A stretch of DNA of 64,000 bases from Negaprion brevirostris (GCA_030324005.1 JARDVH010000121.1:7416242-7480241); one strand, 5' to 3'. Shown: positions 1 to 13,088, numbered from the stretch's first letter. Notes: generated from the sequence alone by a model not told the origin. Numbers and translations are program-made.

Positions 1-455
1 GTTTTTGTTTGCATGTGTGGAATGTCATTGTTCACTACCATTAGCCTTTTTTTTTTGTTCTAATTCGTCATAACATTTGCATAAACCTTCCAAGTTGCCG
101 TCCGGATTTGAGTAAATGGTCTGTGCAAAATGTTATCCAAAAAAAAACAGATTTCTTGAACGTTGATTGATTCATCTCCTTGACTTTAAAGCAACGTTTA
201 TGTTTCTCAAATTCCAATGTTCATCTCTGTAGCAACTCACTTTCAAATAAAGCAAATATTGACAATTCACTTACTTGGGTACATCGACGGTTACCTTGGA
301 ACTGCGTCTTTGGCAGAAAAATTGAATGAAGCACTGGCATCTGATCCCACCATCCTGTGTTCAAATGTTTGAGTTACCGGTCAATAATTTCTCTTATTTG
401 TACCTGAAATCGAAATAAGATGCACCGTTTGTTTATTCCTATGTTAACTCGACAG

Positions 456-476
456 ATCTTGAGTCTGCGAAGAAAA
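456..476 (+). CDS. 21-nt phase-1 heptad micro-exon (xLESAKK)
   Basis: ttaactcgacag|ATCTTGAGTCTGCGAAGAAAA|gtaagt; consensus donor; same position in the repeat unit as its paralogues. Confidence 0.8.
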
Positions 477-742
477 GTAAGTGTATTGCTCCATTCGTCA
501 TTTCCTGATGATGAAAAGCTATTACTTTAGAATGGTCGTTAGCACATTTTTTGAGTGTTGCTGCTTAAAGTTTGTGACTAAACTGTTACATCATTCAGGC
601 TGCACAATGTGTCTTTGTTCGATTTACATTCTGTGCAATTGTCATAAAAGCTTCCCAATGTTTTTTCCCATTGAGTGTACAGCCACGTAAAATGCAATTC
701 CAAGTAAATTAATCTAGCCCGGATCTAATCGTTTTGGTTACA

Positions 743-1155
743 GATCATAGAACCCAACAGTGCAGAAAGAGGTCATTCGGCCCATCGAGTCTGTACTGAA
801 CACAATCCCAACCAGGCCCTACCCCCATATCCCTACATAATATGCCCACTAATCCACTCTAACCGACGCATCCCTGGACACTAAGGAACAATTTCTTAGC
901 ATGGCCAATCAACCTAACCCGCACATCTCTAGGCTGTGGGAGGAAAACGGAGTACCCGGAGGAAGCCCACGTAGACACGAGGAGAATGCTCAAACTCCTC
1001 ACAGACACTGACCCAAGCCGGGAATCGATCCCAGGAACCTGGAGCTGTGAAGCAGCAGTGATAACCACTGTGACACCGTGCCGCCTACCACTGCGCTACC
1101 GTGCCGCCCACCACTGTGCTACCGAGCCGCCCACCACTGTGCTGCCGTACCGCCC
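743..1155 (-). mobile_element. HE1-like tRNA-derived SINE with tandemly multiplied 5' end
   Basis: Minus strand has a tRNA-like head (...GGTGTCACAGTGGTTATCACTGCTGCTTCACAGCTCCAGG...GATCGATTCCCGGCTTGGGTCAGTGTCTGTG) and a CR1-like tail (GATGGGCCGAATGACCTCTTTCTGCACTG...TTCTATGATCT). Confidence 0.9.
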
Positions 1156-2012
1156 GGCAGAGTATGGGTACCTGGACACGGAATTACTTATGCATTTGAA
1201 AGCTCTCCGGTGTTTATCAATAAAACGAATATTATCTTGTGAATTAATTTTACCAAAAGAGATCAATTCACTTAAAAAAAATGCTTCTGTCATATTTTCC
1301 ATTAAATAACGCAAACACTCCAACGGACTTCTCGTGCTCTCCGCAGAACATTAATTTGCACATAATTTTGTCTCAGCAGAATATACATTTTAAAATGCAA
1401 TCGATAGGTTATAAGGGTGGCAAAGGTAGATGCAATATGACGTGGTCGAAAAGGACGTTGTACTGAATAACTAAAGGTTGACTAGTATTGCAAATTCGGA
1501 GATTATTGAATAAGATCTTTCAGGTAATGTTTTCGAATGCTGTTTTGATTGAGGTTTTTCATGTTTGGACGATAATGGTGGTCGAACATTTTCAGTATCG
1601 GCTCTTATATTCTAAGAATTTTAGCAAAACACTTTCAAAATGCCCTCCCGGTTTCAGCAAACGCTCGCACTCCAATGCTTTCCAAAAATAAAACACGACA
1701 GATTGGTGTATTGCTTACTCAATCACCTGTTTGAAATTAACACAGCGTATTTTTTTGTTTTTCATGGTCACAGTCGTCGAACCTGTAACTTCTAAAATTC
1801 ATATCAAACTGTCGGTAATTCAATTACCTGAGTAGTTTGATGGGGTGTCTGCAAATTTATTTATATTTTTCCTTAAACATTGAATGAAAAGCTGGCACCT
1901 GATTGCCCGATGCCTCCTCAAAATTTTGAATTTCCAGTCACTCAACTGTCTTGTTTGTGCATAAAATCGAAATGATTTATGATATTTAATTATTGCAATT
2001 TTATCCACACAG

Positions 2013-2033
2013 GCCTTACAAATACACAAAACG
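2013..2033 (+). CDS. 21-nt phase-1 heptad micro-exon (xLTNTQN)
   Basis: attttatccacacag|GCCTTACAAATACACAAAACG|gtcagt. Confidence 0.75.
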
Positions 2034-3439
2034 GTCAGTGTATTGCTCCATTCGCAATTTCCTCTTGATTACGGGCGTGATTTTGTGATGGTGAATAACA
2101 TCTTTTGAATCGTTGCCGCTTATTGACCGTGACAAATCTGTGATATTATCCCGCCTGCTCAACGTTTTCTTTTAAAAGAATGGACTATCTGTGCAACTCA
2201 AAGAAATGCTTTCCAACTTGTATATCCCAACCCGCTTGCAATCAAATAAAACAAAAATGATTTCCCGGCACATTGATTTACTTCTGTATTACTATGTTTG
2301 GGTATAAATACCTAGTTACCCGGATTCTTATGAACCACAGTGCTCTGCATATTTCTCAATTCAAATAATATTTTGTTTGTTAATTCGTTACACCAAAAGC
2401 GGCGAAAATCAGATTTTCCCGCATCTTAACCATCTCATTTGTTTGCTAGCACGTTCACATATATAATTCGACTTGTGTTCTCGTCGGAACAATATTTTGC
2501 ATCTATTTTTTTCTCAGCAAAAGAAAAATAAATTTTAATCTTCAAAAGACCCGTTTTAAGTTTCGCAGTGGTAGATGCAATATTATGTGTTTGAGAAGTA
2601 TTTTGTATTGAATAACTGTGTTGACGAGTATTTTCGAGCAATGCGATTCAGAACAAGTGCAGAGCTTATTGGGTAACATATTTCAAACGATGTTGTCGGC
2701 ATGTAGTGTTGATTGAGTTTTTTCTCGTATTTTTTTGGACTGCAATGTTTGTCGATTCTCTTCATTATCCAGAATGATGTGATCATAAACTCATAAGCAC
2801 GCTGACAAGTTACCGTCCCGAATTCGCCAAACACCGGCAGCTTAATTCTTTCCAAAAATGTCAGAAAAGCAAAGGAGCATGCAATATTACTTCGTTGATG
2901 ATAATTTGGATACTGCAACTTGAAATTAACAAGTATTTTAGAACAAACACACAGAACGAGTACAGAGCTTCTTGAACACCATCAAAAAATTGTGTCGACG
3001 TACAATGCTGAGCGATACATTTCGATTTCAGTGATTCACCTTAAAATTCGATGTTGAACTTATCATGCATTTAACAAAATTCTTGCACTCGAATTCAGCA
3101 AACGTCCACTGCACATTGCATTCCAAAATGACAGCTTTCATTGTTGTTTTCTGATTGTGCTCCTTGATTTTAATTAACTTGCTCTGTTTTTTTTTCCTTT
3201 TTGATCTCAATGGGGGAATCTGCACAGTCTGAATTTTACATCAAAATTCGCAAATACAGTTGCGTAGACATTTGAGTGGCTATGCCGAAATTGCAGGGAT
3301 TTTTTTCGGAAACATTTCATGAAGGGTTGCCCGATTTCTCGTCAAAATTGTTTTCATTCACCGACAGTCTTATGATTGGTACATTAAATCTCAGTGAGAT
3401 TAAAAAAAAACTTTAGCGATTTCACTTGTAATCCCACAG

Positions 3440-3463
3440 AACTTCCCAATAAAAAAAAACAAC
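3440..3463 (+). CDS. 24-nt variant of the heptad micro-exon (ELPNKKKQ), weak donor
   Basis: tgtaatcccacag|AACTTCCCAATAAAAAAAAACAAC|gtgacg; A-run expanded by 3 nt, frame kept. Confidence 0.5.
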
Positions 3464-4557
3464 GTGACGTGCGTTGCACGTACAACCATTTGCATTTGAT
3501 TTTGGCTTTTTTTGGTGAATGACGGCTGCTGAAAGGTCGGAATAAACCTATTATGTTAGGAAGCTTGACAAAGGTCATGCTGTCAGATTGTACAGCCTAT
3601 GCAACCGAAATGAAGAAAACAACATTTCCCAAATGTATATCCCATTTTGCTTGCAATTAAATAAAGTACACCCTTTGAATTCCTGCAACTTGATCTTCAA
3701 CAGGACCAACATCTTGAGAATTATGTAGTTGGGCACTGAGGCAATTATGAACCTCCGTGCTCTGCAGTATTTCTCAATTGAAATAATGCGTTGTTTGTTA
3801 ATTCGTTTCAATTGAAGGGGATACATTATCATTTGCCCACATTATATTAAATTTGTCATGTGTCTGCCGTTAACTTGATCACAATAATTGAAATTGTTTC
3901 TTGTCTTCCTGTCAGAAAATTAATTTGTACGTAATTTTCCTTCGACAAAAAAAAACGGCCAAATTGCAACTGATATTCTGTGAGCGCGTGAAACATCAAT
4001 TCTATATTAATTGGTCGATAGGTACTTTGAATACGATAACTTCAGATTGACAAAAGTAGCAATAAATTCAGATCAGTAATGAATGCAGAGCTAACTGATG
4101 CCTCCCTTTCACAGGACGGTAAAGGTACGCAGTGCAGACTGCGTGTTTGGACTGCAATCATTGTCGACTGCCTTCAGTGTTGCTATCAGAATTATGATAA
4201 ATTGAGTCATACCCTTCCATTATTCCCATCGGTTTCAGGAAAAGCCCGCTTATAGAAACATTGCACGATGACATATTGTTATATTCTTTACATATTCACT
4301 ACCGTATATTTAACGCACCATTTGTTTTCGTCATGCTGCCGCTGTTGTGTCTGTAAGAGCTGAAGTATCGCTAAAAAAAACTTGAGCGTTTGATTGTCTT
4401 CAAATGCTGATTTTGGCAGAAACGCTGATTGGAGCGCTGATATCTGATTGCCAGATTCATAGTCCAATTGTTGAATTGCGGGTCACTCTTCTCTCTTATT
4501 TATGCATGAAATCGAAGTTTGATGCAAAGTTTAACATATGCAATTTGAACCTCACAG

Positions 4558-4578
4558 AACTTAAGAAAACACAAAACG
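4558..4578 (+). CDS. 21-nt phase-1 heptad micro-exon (xLKKTQN)
   Basis: tttgaacctcacag|AACTTAAGAAAACACAAAACG|gtaggt. Confidence 0.8.
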
Positions 4579-5959
4579 GTAGGTGAATTGTACTATTCGT
4601 CATTTCACGTGATTATGAACTTATTTTGTGATAGTGAAAAACATGTTTTAAATGGAAGCTGCTTAAAGATCGCAACAAATCTATCGCTGGTAGGTAGCAT
4701 ATAACCAATGAATAACAACACTTTGTTTGAACTGGAAAAAAAACCCCTCAAATATTTATAGAGTTGCGCACTTGAAACTTAATGTTGGTCTATTGCTCGG
4801 ATTGCACAAGATGAATTAACATGCGCAAAAACGTAATTATGTGACCGAAACATGAGTAGAACAGATAAGAACAGAAATGGGAAAGAGGGCGTCTTGATGG
4901 ACGAATTTTATGATGAAACAATTGGTATGCATATAATCAGTACGGAACGCATGCATTTCATTTTCATCAGGCGGAGAAATAACATCTGTGAAAGTAGCTG
5001 AAATTAAAATCGTAACGCCATTGAGTAATGATCTGGTTTGCGCATCGCTGTCAATGCTTTTGCAACTTCTCTTCCGTAAATCGACCGCCATTCACTCCCG
5101 TCCAAGCTGGCGAGGGGTCGGATATTTTGAAATCCTTGCATTGCACTGACTCTCTCACGTATTAATTGAGCGACTCTCTGGAATCGTGTCGGAACACACA
5201 AAACAAGAACAAATGCAAATCTTAAGAAGGCTAGCTAGCAAGTGAAGCAACTCTTAAATANNNNNNNNNNNNNNNNNNNNNNNNNNNNNNNNNNNNNNNN
5301 NNNNNNNNNNNNNNNNNNNNNNNNNNNNNNNNNNNNNNNNNNNNNNNNNNNNNNNNNNNNTAAATATACAACATTTCCAGAGTCATGTACTGCCTCACAA
5401 ATTGCTGGCTATTAGAGTTGCTTAAACCAACTCGTTAAATGAACAATAATGGTCTGCAATGCAAACCATACAACGAATGAGTATTTCTAGATCTATTCAT
5501 GGGATGTGGTCATCGTTGATCATACCAATGTATATTGCTAAACTGAAATTGTCCTTTGTCGAACTGGCATTCTGGGTCACAGAAAATGGTTTTCAGGAGT
5601 TATGCATACGACTGGGTATGCAATCACATATAGCTCTGACGAGATAAGGAAGGCAGAATTTCTTCTCCAAAGGGCAATCACAGATTTTATGATAAACAAT
5701 AGTGTTTGAATGATCACCGTTAAACGTTGTGCCATTTTTTATTGAATATAGATTTGATAACTTGTATTGGTGTGATTCGACGTTTGCCCGCCGTGCTTAA
5801 CGTGGGGTCTCCTCCTTAGTTGTTTGTTGCCTTCCTTGAAAGAATATCAGAAATATATAAACGTGAAAATAAATCATCGAAAGTTTTTTTTTGCATTAAT
5901 AGCTATTGGGCGTTACGGTTATTCCCACAATTTGCTTGCTATCGATCAACAAGTTCTCC

Positions 5960-6612
5960 AACCATGTCAAAACATTGCCCCAAATACCATGAGCTTTAAA
6001 TGCGCACATACATCGCCTGTGTGGGAACTTATCAAAAAAAAAACTTTCGCAAGTCCAAATTCATGGCATCAACTTGTTGGTCCTTGTCCCTGGTCACATC
6101 CTCAAAGAGATCCGAAGTTTTGCCCAGATCGACTGTCTCTTAGTGAATCTATGCTGACTATTCTAATGGCTGCGCTCTTACCATGAGAAAGATGTTTTCT
6201 TACAAGTAAAAATAGATAATCTACTCATGAAGGAGCAGCCTTCCGAAAGATTGTGATTAATATAAAGTTGCCTGACCTTAAACTGGAATTCTGAGCCCTA
6301 TTNNNNNNNNNNNNNNNNNNNNNNNNNNNNNNNNNNNNNNNNNNNNNNNNNNNNNNNNNNNNNNNNNNNNNNNNNNNNNNNNNNNNNNNNNNNNNNNNNN
6401 NNACCAAAACTGCACACAACACTCCAGCTGAGGCCTCACCAGTGTCCTGTACAGTTGCAGCAAGACCTCCCTGCTTTTATATTCTATCCCCCTAGCTATA
6501 AATGCCAGCATCCCATTTGCCTTCTTGGTCACTTGCTGCACCTGCAGACTGGGTTTTTGTGACTCATGCACAAAGACCACCGGGTCCCTCTGCACTGTAG
6601 CATGCTGCAGCT
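5960..6612 (-). mobile_element. CR1 LINE ORF2 fragments (RT / C-terminal region), split by a gap
   Basis: ORF 6278-6652(-) QVQQVTKKANGMLAFIARGIEYKSREVLLQLYRTLVRPQLECCVQFW is typical CR1 ORF2 C-terminal sequence; older decayed piece at 5960-6200. Confidence 0.9.
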
Positions 6613-6859
6613 GCCCCCCCCCCCCCCCTTTATTTGGCTTGGTACTCTGCACGAGTTTGCCGGATGTCTCGTCAACTTACGAATTTTAAATGCAGTGTTG
6701 TTATGTTGGCCTCAGATGGTTGATCGTAACAAGTGGGAATGTGCAGATTGTTGCCTGGAATGTCTCTTTGCCCAAAGAAAAGGCTGCCTGTAGGCGAGGT
6801 AATTATGCAATAATTGAGTTGGTGTACGCCGTGTGAAATGAAGAGGTGTCCCCAAAAAA

Positions 6860-8650
6860 AGCGTGACGTGTTCTATTTTAAAAAATAATCTGTGCCTCGT
6901 TTCAGTTACTGCACTGACAGTCATATCCAAATGCGTGTCCATATACTGCAGCTGCCTTGCATATGCCCACACATTCAAATGGCTAAGTAACATGAGACAA
7001 CTCTTCATTCCCTTCACAACTCATCCTCACACCCAACTGAGTATCATGTGAAATTATGGAGGTAATTTATTCAGTTAGCACTTCGAAATCATTAGTATAT
7101 TACGTGCAGCGTTGGAGTCCTGCAAATATAATTATGGTGGCGCACAAGTCACTGCATACCATTCAGAAAGAGGCTCAATTATGTCAGCTGTTTTGCTTCC
7201 CATCTGCTAGCCAGCTTCTTACCCATCTCAAGGCACTGCCTGCAATCCAATGCATGTTAAATTTACATCATACCTTGTCAGGTGAGAACTTTTTGAAAGG
7301 TCAACAGTCAAAATAAACTACAACCAAAATATGCTTTAAGTTGTCGTCACTTTTGTAGCGAAATATGAAATCTCTCGATTGCAGCTGTTAGGGGTCTGTA
7401 TTGTTTTTTGCCAATTAATTTTGTTTTACATAGCAACATAAACATCTAAAGTCAGTTTTTATGTTCCGCTAGCTTACATTCATACTGTATTACCCTTTCC
7501 TAATTAATCCCTTGGTCCTCTTTTGCCGAATTTTAAACTGCCCACAAAAAATAGGGCGATTGCGTTTTCTTGACATTTTGAATGCTGCTTCCGTGAATCT
7601 GAAATTATCTATATTTTCCCTTGCAAACCCTGTGATTGAGCACAGTTACGGTTCCTTTGTCATCCCTAAGCAGAACAGGAAGAAACAACTTCCGGATTTC
7701 ACTACTTTCTTTAAATGCCTGCAATTGTCTATCCATTGTTTTTCCTTTGACTAATGTTTCCTAATATATCATGACCAAATCATATGCCATGCCACCATAT
7801 TTAGCTTTCTTATTATGTAGTATCCAGGTCTCCGAATCAGCTGAATCATTGTCCAACTAGGCAATACTTCTGCCATTTTGTGTTCACTCGTCCCAATAGT
7901 TCTGTCAAAACTAGTTTGCCAATTCATCCGTTTTCATTGCACTTTACCCTGTCTGCGATGGCCTTTCTCCTTGCATGTTCTTCAATGTATTGTTCAAGGA
8001 ATGCACTTTATCAATCCCTCCCCTATTTTGCTTGCACTATTTCGACTCGCCCAATCTATATGTCGATGAAATCGTTCATAATTATACATTTTACTCGAAT
8101 GCATGCATCTGTGAATTCTTATCCAAATATATTTTTTTTTTCCCAACGTTATGGCAACAGTTTTGTATTCTGCATACCACCTCCTGAGGCGTTTTATTTT
8201 GCCCGCTGTTGTTTCTTAAATCGACCTGTTAGGATTCCACATCACCTATACTAATATATTCCTCAAAACCTCATCAATATATGTTTTATTCAATATTGCC
8301 ACTCTGCCATTTTTTCTCTCTCCCTTATTCTAAACACTTAATAGACCTCAGTGTTAAGTTTACTTCCTTGGTCAACTTGGAGACACCACTTCAACGCTTC
8401 CATACCTCATTTTATCTACGTGGACAGCTAATTCATCGTTTTTGTTTCGAATGCTCTAAGCATTTGGATGCAAAATATTAAGGTGTGCCACTTTAACGGC
8501 TCATGTCCCTTGCATTCGAATTTTTATTCTATCCTTATATGACTCCGGCCATATCTTTTTTCTGCCTATTACTTTTCTTCTTCAGTTACCGTATTTAATT
8601 TTTCCTGTTCAGAACGCTTGGAAAGTTTCCCATAGCTTTGCCGTATTTCT
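6860..8650 (-). mobile_element. Old, heavily decayed CR1 LINE ORF2 (RT to endonuclease region)
   Basis: By-eye similarity to antisense CR1 ORF2, e.g. gtcactgcataccattcagaaagagg...ccagcttcttacccatctcaagg and ttgcactttaccctgtctgcgatggcc...ttcttcaatgtattgttcaaggaa. Confidence 0.65.
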
Positions 8651-9018
8651 GAAAACCTCCACAAAAAAAAACATGCAGACACTCCTTCTCTCCGGAAAGG
8701 ACATCAGCCCTGATCCAAAAGATCTCTCTCTCTCTCTCGCTATGCCTGCCTACATGTATAACCATCTATCAATCTATGTTTGCATGCACCGTTTTGCGTA
8801 TATCTCTGTGGTATTGTGTCATTCCGCAGAAAGAACAAAGAACGAGAGAATGGATATTACTTTATATTGGAAGGAAGTGGAATGAATATTTCCCAAAGTC
8901 GAGGCATGAACGCACAGAAAGACTTTTTTTTTGAAGTTCAGTCTAGTGTTGCCGCTGACACGATCCATTTGTGTTCGACCTCCGTTTCCATATGAGCATT
9001 TGTCTTCAATCATAATGA

Positions 9019-11665
9019 CTAACCATTTGCTTCACGCGATAAGGATATTAAAGGAACAAGATCGTCAGGGATCACCATCTCTGAAATAAAACAACAACCT
9101 AACAGTTACTTGATTGCTCAACATCAATCAGGCAGGGCAAATGATCGGGAATTAATGGAATTGTTGATACAAAAAAAAAATCTGGACCTTCCCTTCAAAA
9201 CGGTAGATGTCTCAAATTTCGAACGTGGAGAGGACTATCTGGCCATATACACATGTGAATAACAGAACACGTCTGATCAGCAGTACGGTCAACAAGTGAC
9301 ATACATAAAGATTGCTATTAACGATTGGGCATTTTGTTCGTTCCAGCCCCAGAGTCAGAAATAGTGATTCCAGAACTCAATTGAAGATAGCACACTTGGG
9401 GATGTTGTATATTCATACTAGAGCAGCGTTGGGAGTGTCGTTGTTTCTGTGGCTTATTGGGAGTTTCGCTTGCAGAACTTCAAAGAGCCACCAGCCTGTT
9501 ACGCAATTTAATGAGATAATTAATAAACTGGAAATACCCTGCTTTGTATTTCCACCTCTGTTTCAAAACGTAACATATCCTCATGAGCATTAAAAATATC
9601 GATACATTCATTCTCACTCGCCTTCATAGGTAACGAGTTCCAAAACCATATGACCATCTTAGTCAAAAAAAAATCCACATTTTAAATATGCAACATCTTA
9701 AATTGACATTGCGATCTCTCGTTGCATTTTCATGAAAAAAAAACTGATGTTTTCTCTGCAACCCGTAAACGGCCATGTTGAAGTTTCCGATTTCCGTCAC
9801 ATAACATCTATGCCGTTATTCTAAGAGTTGATATGAAACTCCTCAATTCAAAGTTCCCTCATGAGGCACACCGCTCTTTGTTGATAATATACAGACACAA
9901 CTCATCAGAGTACAATTATTGGCATGTTTCTTCAATTAAGGAAACAAATATTGTGCACCAGTGCTGGATTTCCAATCGGCCTCAACAGTGTCTTCTAAAC
10001 TGAAAAAAAAATCTTGTTGCATTGATATCAACGTTCCGGCCCAAAGGCAACACTCTTTCTGTTTTGCCTTTCATACGCGTGGATACCCAGATGTCCAGTT
10101 CCAGTGAATCTGTCTGCACAATTTCACCAGTTAGATAAGATTGTTTCAATACTTTTTTTGCACAAATTGGCAACTCCTCAAGTTTGCAATCCAATCTTTT
10201 ATACGTGAGACATATATTAATTGTCTAACCTGTCCAGATCATCAATGTTTGGTTATAAACGATCAGTCCGATCACCAGGGCACTCAATCGAGAACTCACC
10301 ATTATCATTTAGTGTTCTGTTTTCATTTCCAATGCTTTGATAACTCCATAATGAAATAATACATTTCCAATGTGTTGCACTCATCACAGTTGTAGCTCAG
10401 TGTTTCGTGTCAGAGATCCCCACAATGTCAGGGTTGTCGCCAAGGTTGAGTATTTAATTTCAGTTTGTGGCCATTTACTTCCGAGTGTTTTTCATTTCAA
10501 AAAAAAAGAAAAAAAAACATATTCAATATATTTGTCTTGCTCCATACAGAGGTGACAGCGTGCAAAAATGGAAAGGCATCTGTATCCATAATCTATTTTC
10601 ATTTTGAGGGTAGAATGGGAGATTCTGAACGCTTGTAACAAAGGATCTATCTGAAATGTCCAACGTAGTTGTTACATGTAAATTCATCTAATTCAGGTTA
10701 TGCATTAGCCGTGACAAGAGAATTGAAATTCGCAGGCGTTATTAATAATCGGTGCAACGCTGCTCATTTTGCAAATCGGTCACATGTTTAATGGACGAGA
10801 AGCAAAGAGTGCAAGCTTTGTTCAAAAACACACAGACGTGTCTGTTACGTTGCCTATTATCGAATAAGATGAGTAAGTTAGTCCACAGGTGTGCAACAAG
10901 GGATACAATGTGAACGCGAGGGGCAAAGACCTAAGTGGATTCAATCGAACGGAGAAGAAACGGTAGCGAAACATATTGCAAAATCAACAGATGAATGAGA
11001 TCGAACAGACAATTTATATTGGTTAGAGAGGCAGAAAAGTAGCTGAATTCTGGGACAGAAACGTTTTCCGTCATCCCATACACGAGAGAGAGAGAGAGCG
11101 ACAGACGAAAGGAGTGAGTGAGGGAAATAATTACCGGAAAATGTCCGCCCGAATAATTCTAACGGTCAGCAGAAATATAANNNNNNNNNNNTTTTTCTTG
11201 TGCTGTGTCTCGAGGTAATGCCAGTATTACGCTCAAACTCTATGTCGGCTTTCAAAGTATGCCCCGAGTAAAATTTCCGCACAGTTCTTTTTCACGTGTC
11301 TTTGTTATTCAAGGGCGTAAATCCTTGAGTGTTTTCTTGGATTTGCATTACTGGCGTTGAAGGAACTTCCCTTATTTTAGTGCAACCTGTAAGGGATGGT
11401 CAAGACGCTTGGCCTCACGAAGTAAAATGTATTGCTGTCATTTNNNNNNNNNNTTGCAACGAGCACGAAGACATCCCGGGCGAAACAGTTTTTTTTTCAT
11501 CTGATTAATTTGTTTTTGTTTTGGCATGTGGTTCGTGCAGGTTTATGCAAGAATCCAGCAATCATCAGGCCAACTCTTGCTGAACGCAATTCTACCAAAT
11601 TCTGGCAATTTATACGTGTATTCTTAAGAGTGCCTCTTCCGTAATAAATAGGTATAACTGCTATT
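9019..11665 (-). pseudogene. Decayed Ig-superfamily receptor gene, V(J)-C1-C1-TM-cyt (SIRP-like architecture)
   Basis: Minus-strand exon-like blocks with splice sites. 11665-11135: RINC...DVFVLVA..NDSNTFYFV (DxxxYxC-like, 11416-11442), TGCTKIREVPSTPV, T*KRTVRKFYS, LYFC, donor TCCG|gtaatt. 10650-10230: FCTLSPLYGARQIY*, YSTLATTLTL, **VQH, TM-like LSALVIGLIVY, donor ACAG|gttaga. 9080-9019: EMVIPDDLVPLISLSREANG*. Junctions are phase-1 compatible; many stops and frameshifts. Confidence 0.45.
9600..10200 (-). mobile_element. Decayed CR1 3' fragment
   Basis: Antisense CR1 3' motifs (gggtaacgagttccaaa..accatcttagtcaaaaaa; ggcctcaacagtgtcttc; ggcccaaaggcaacact). Confidence 0.5.
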
Positions 11666-11801
11666 CTGTGGACAACATTTTATGAAATATATTCGCCGGC
11701 TAGGCCAGCCTGTCCATTCCACCTTGTCCATGAAAAGTTGTTGGTGATCTGTATTTGTGTACTGTTGAAGACCCTGAGGTGCACACGCACACAGATAGAA
11801 A

Positions 11802-11832
11802 CGCGCGCGCGCGCACACACACACACACACAC
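11802..11832. repeat. (CG)n(CA)n compound microsatellite
   Basis: cgcgcgcgcgcgcacacacacacacacacac. Confidence 0.95.
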
Positions 11833-12009
11833 ATTTAAGAAATTAAACACGCACATTAAAATAATTTAGGGAATAGTAAAAAAAAACAAAAAAAAAGCTC
11901 TTCCACCGTGAAAACTGCTGACTAGCCACAATACCCACGCTCGTCATAATCCTGCATACTTCTATCAGTACTCTCCCCCTCCCCCACACCTCTCCCCACC
12001 CCAGCTCCC

Positions 12010-12580
12010 CATCCCTCCCCGCCCAACCTCCGTCGTTTCACTGTGAGCGAACCAACCTCAGTTCATAACTAATTTCTTATCTACCAGAAAACATCTTTTT
12101 TTTTCTGTACCATCTCCAAATGTTTCTCATTCTTTCTGGCATTGTGGTGAGAACAATTGAACATTACATTCAAAGTGCACCTTAACTAAAGGTCTATAAT
12201 GCTGCAAAATGACTTACAATTTCTAATCTCAATTCTGTGACATGCCGGATGCCTTATCGATTATATTCTCCACATGTGTTGTCAATTTCAGTGACTTGTG
12301 GATCTGTGCACCCAAGTCACTCTGCCTATTAATCATATGAAGGGTTCTGCCATTCACTGCACATTTCCCACCTGTATTAGACATTCCACAGTGCATTACC
12401 CCATTTTCTTTTCTGGATTAAACTCCGTCTGCCAACTCTTTGCCCAATCATCAAACGTTTATTGATCCACTGATAGTTGTCAACTGACGGTTGTCATCAC
12501 TATCAGCAATCCAAGCAACCTTTGCATCGTCCGCAATTGTCCTAAACAAACCAGTTATATTTTCCTCCAAATCATTTTTA
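12010..12580 (-). mobile_element. CR1 LINE ORF2 3' fragment
   Basis: Minus-strand translation NDLEENITGLFRTIADDAKV (RT (F/Y)ADD motif). Confidence 0.8.
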
Positions 12581-12581
12581 T

Positions 12582-12583
<2 letters not shown>

Positions 12584-12641
<58 letters not shown>
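12584..12641. repeat. (TG)n microsatellite
   Basis: Perfect TG run. Confidence 0.98.
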
Positions 12642-12643
<2 letters not shown>

Positions 12644-13088
12644 CCCATCACAGATTGCTGAATAAAATCTATTGTCAACGTTTTCAATTGAGAAACCCAC
12701 ACTTTNNNNNNNNNNNNNNNNNNNNNNNNNNNNNNNNNNNNNNNNNNNNNNNNNNNNNNNNNNNNNNNNNNNNNNNNNNNNNNNNNNNNNNNNNNNNNNN
12801 NNNNNATTTTGTTGAGCATGCGTGCAACTTCTCAGCATTAAATTTTGCAATGCAGCATAAAAAAACGTAAATTAATTTCTTTATCTCTGGAATTGTTTTG
12901 CTCTCTTTATCTCATATTATTTAGGGAGCTTGAAATTGAATCATCCAGTTGCTGCAGCTTCGAAAGCATGACATCTCAATTTATTTGATATTCGTTGGCC
13001 AACCTAGTATGCGGTACTGCCCTCTTGCTTCAACAGTCGTTGGTTCCGTGGTTTGATAGTAAGGAATGTGATAATCTAATCAGGGCCT

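Larger units (their letters stand above)
1..4690 (+). repeat. Degenerate tandem array of four ~1.1-1.5 kb exon+intron units, each carrying one micro-exon
   Basis: Homologous landmarks recur: gtgtattgctccattcg(t/c)a at 481 and 2038 (variant at 4583); tgctctgca..tttctcaatt.aaataat at ~1201, 2341, 3758; ...tttggac(t/g)..aat at ~1563, 2733, 4146. Unit 1 is lengthened by a SINE. Confidence 0.85.

Noticed and set aside
1066-1155. CRISPR-like short repeats
   Set aside because: Contiguous repeats without spacers; they are SINE heads in eukaryotic DNA
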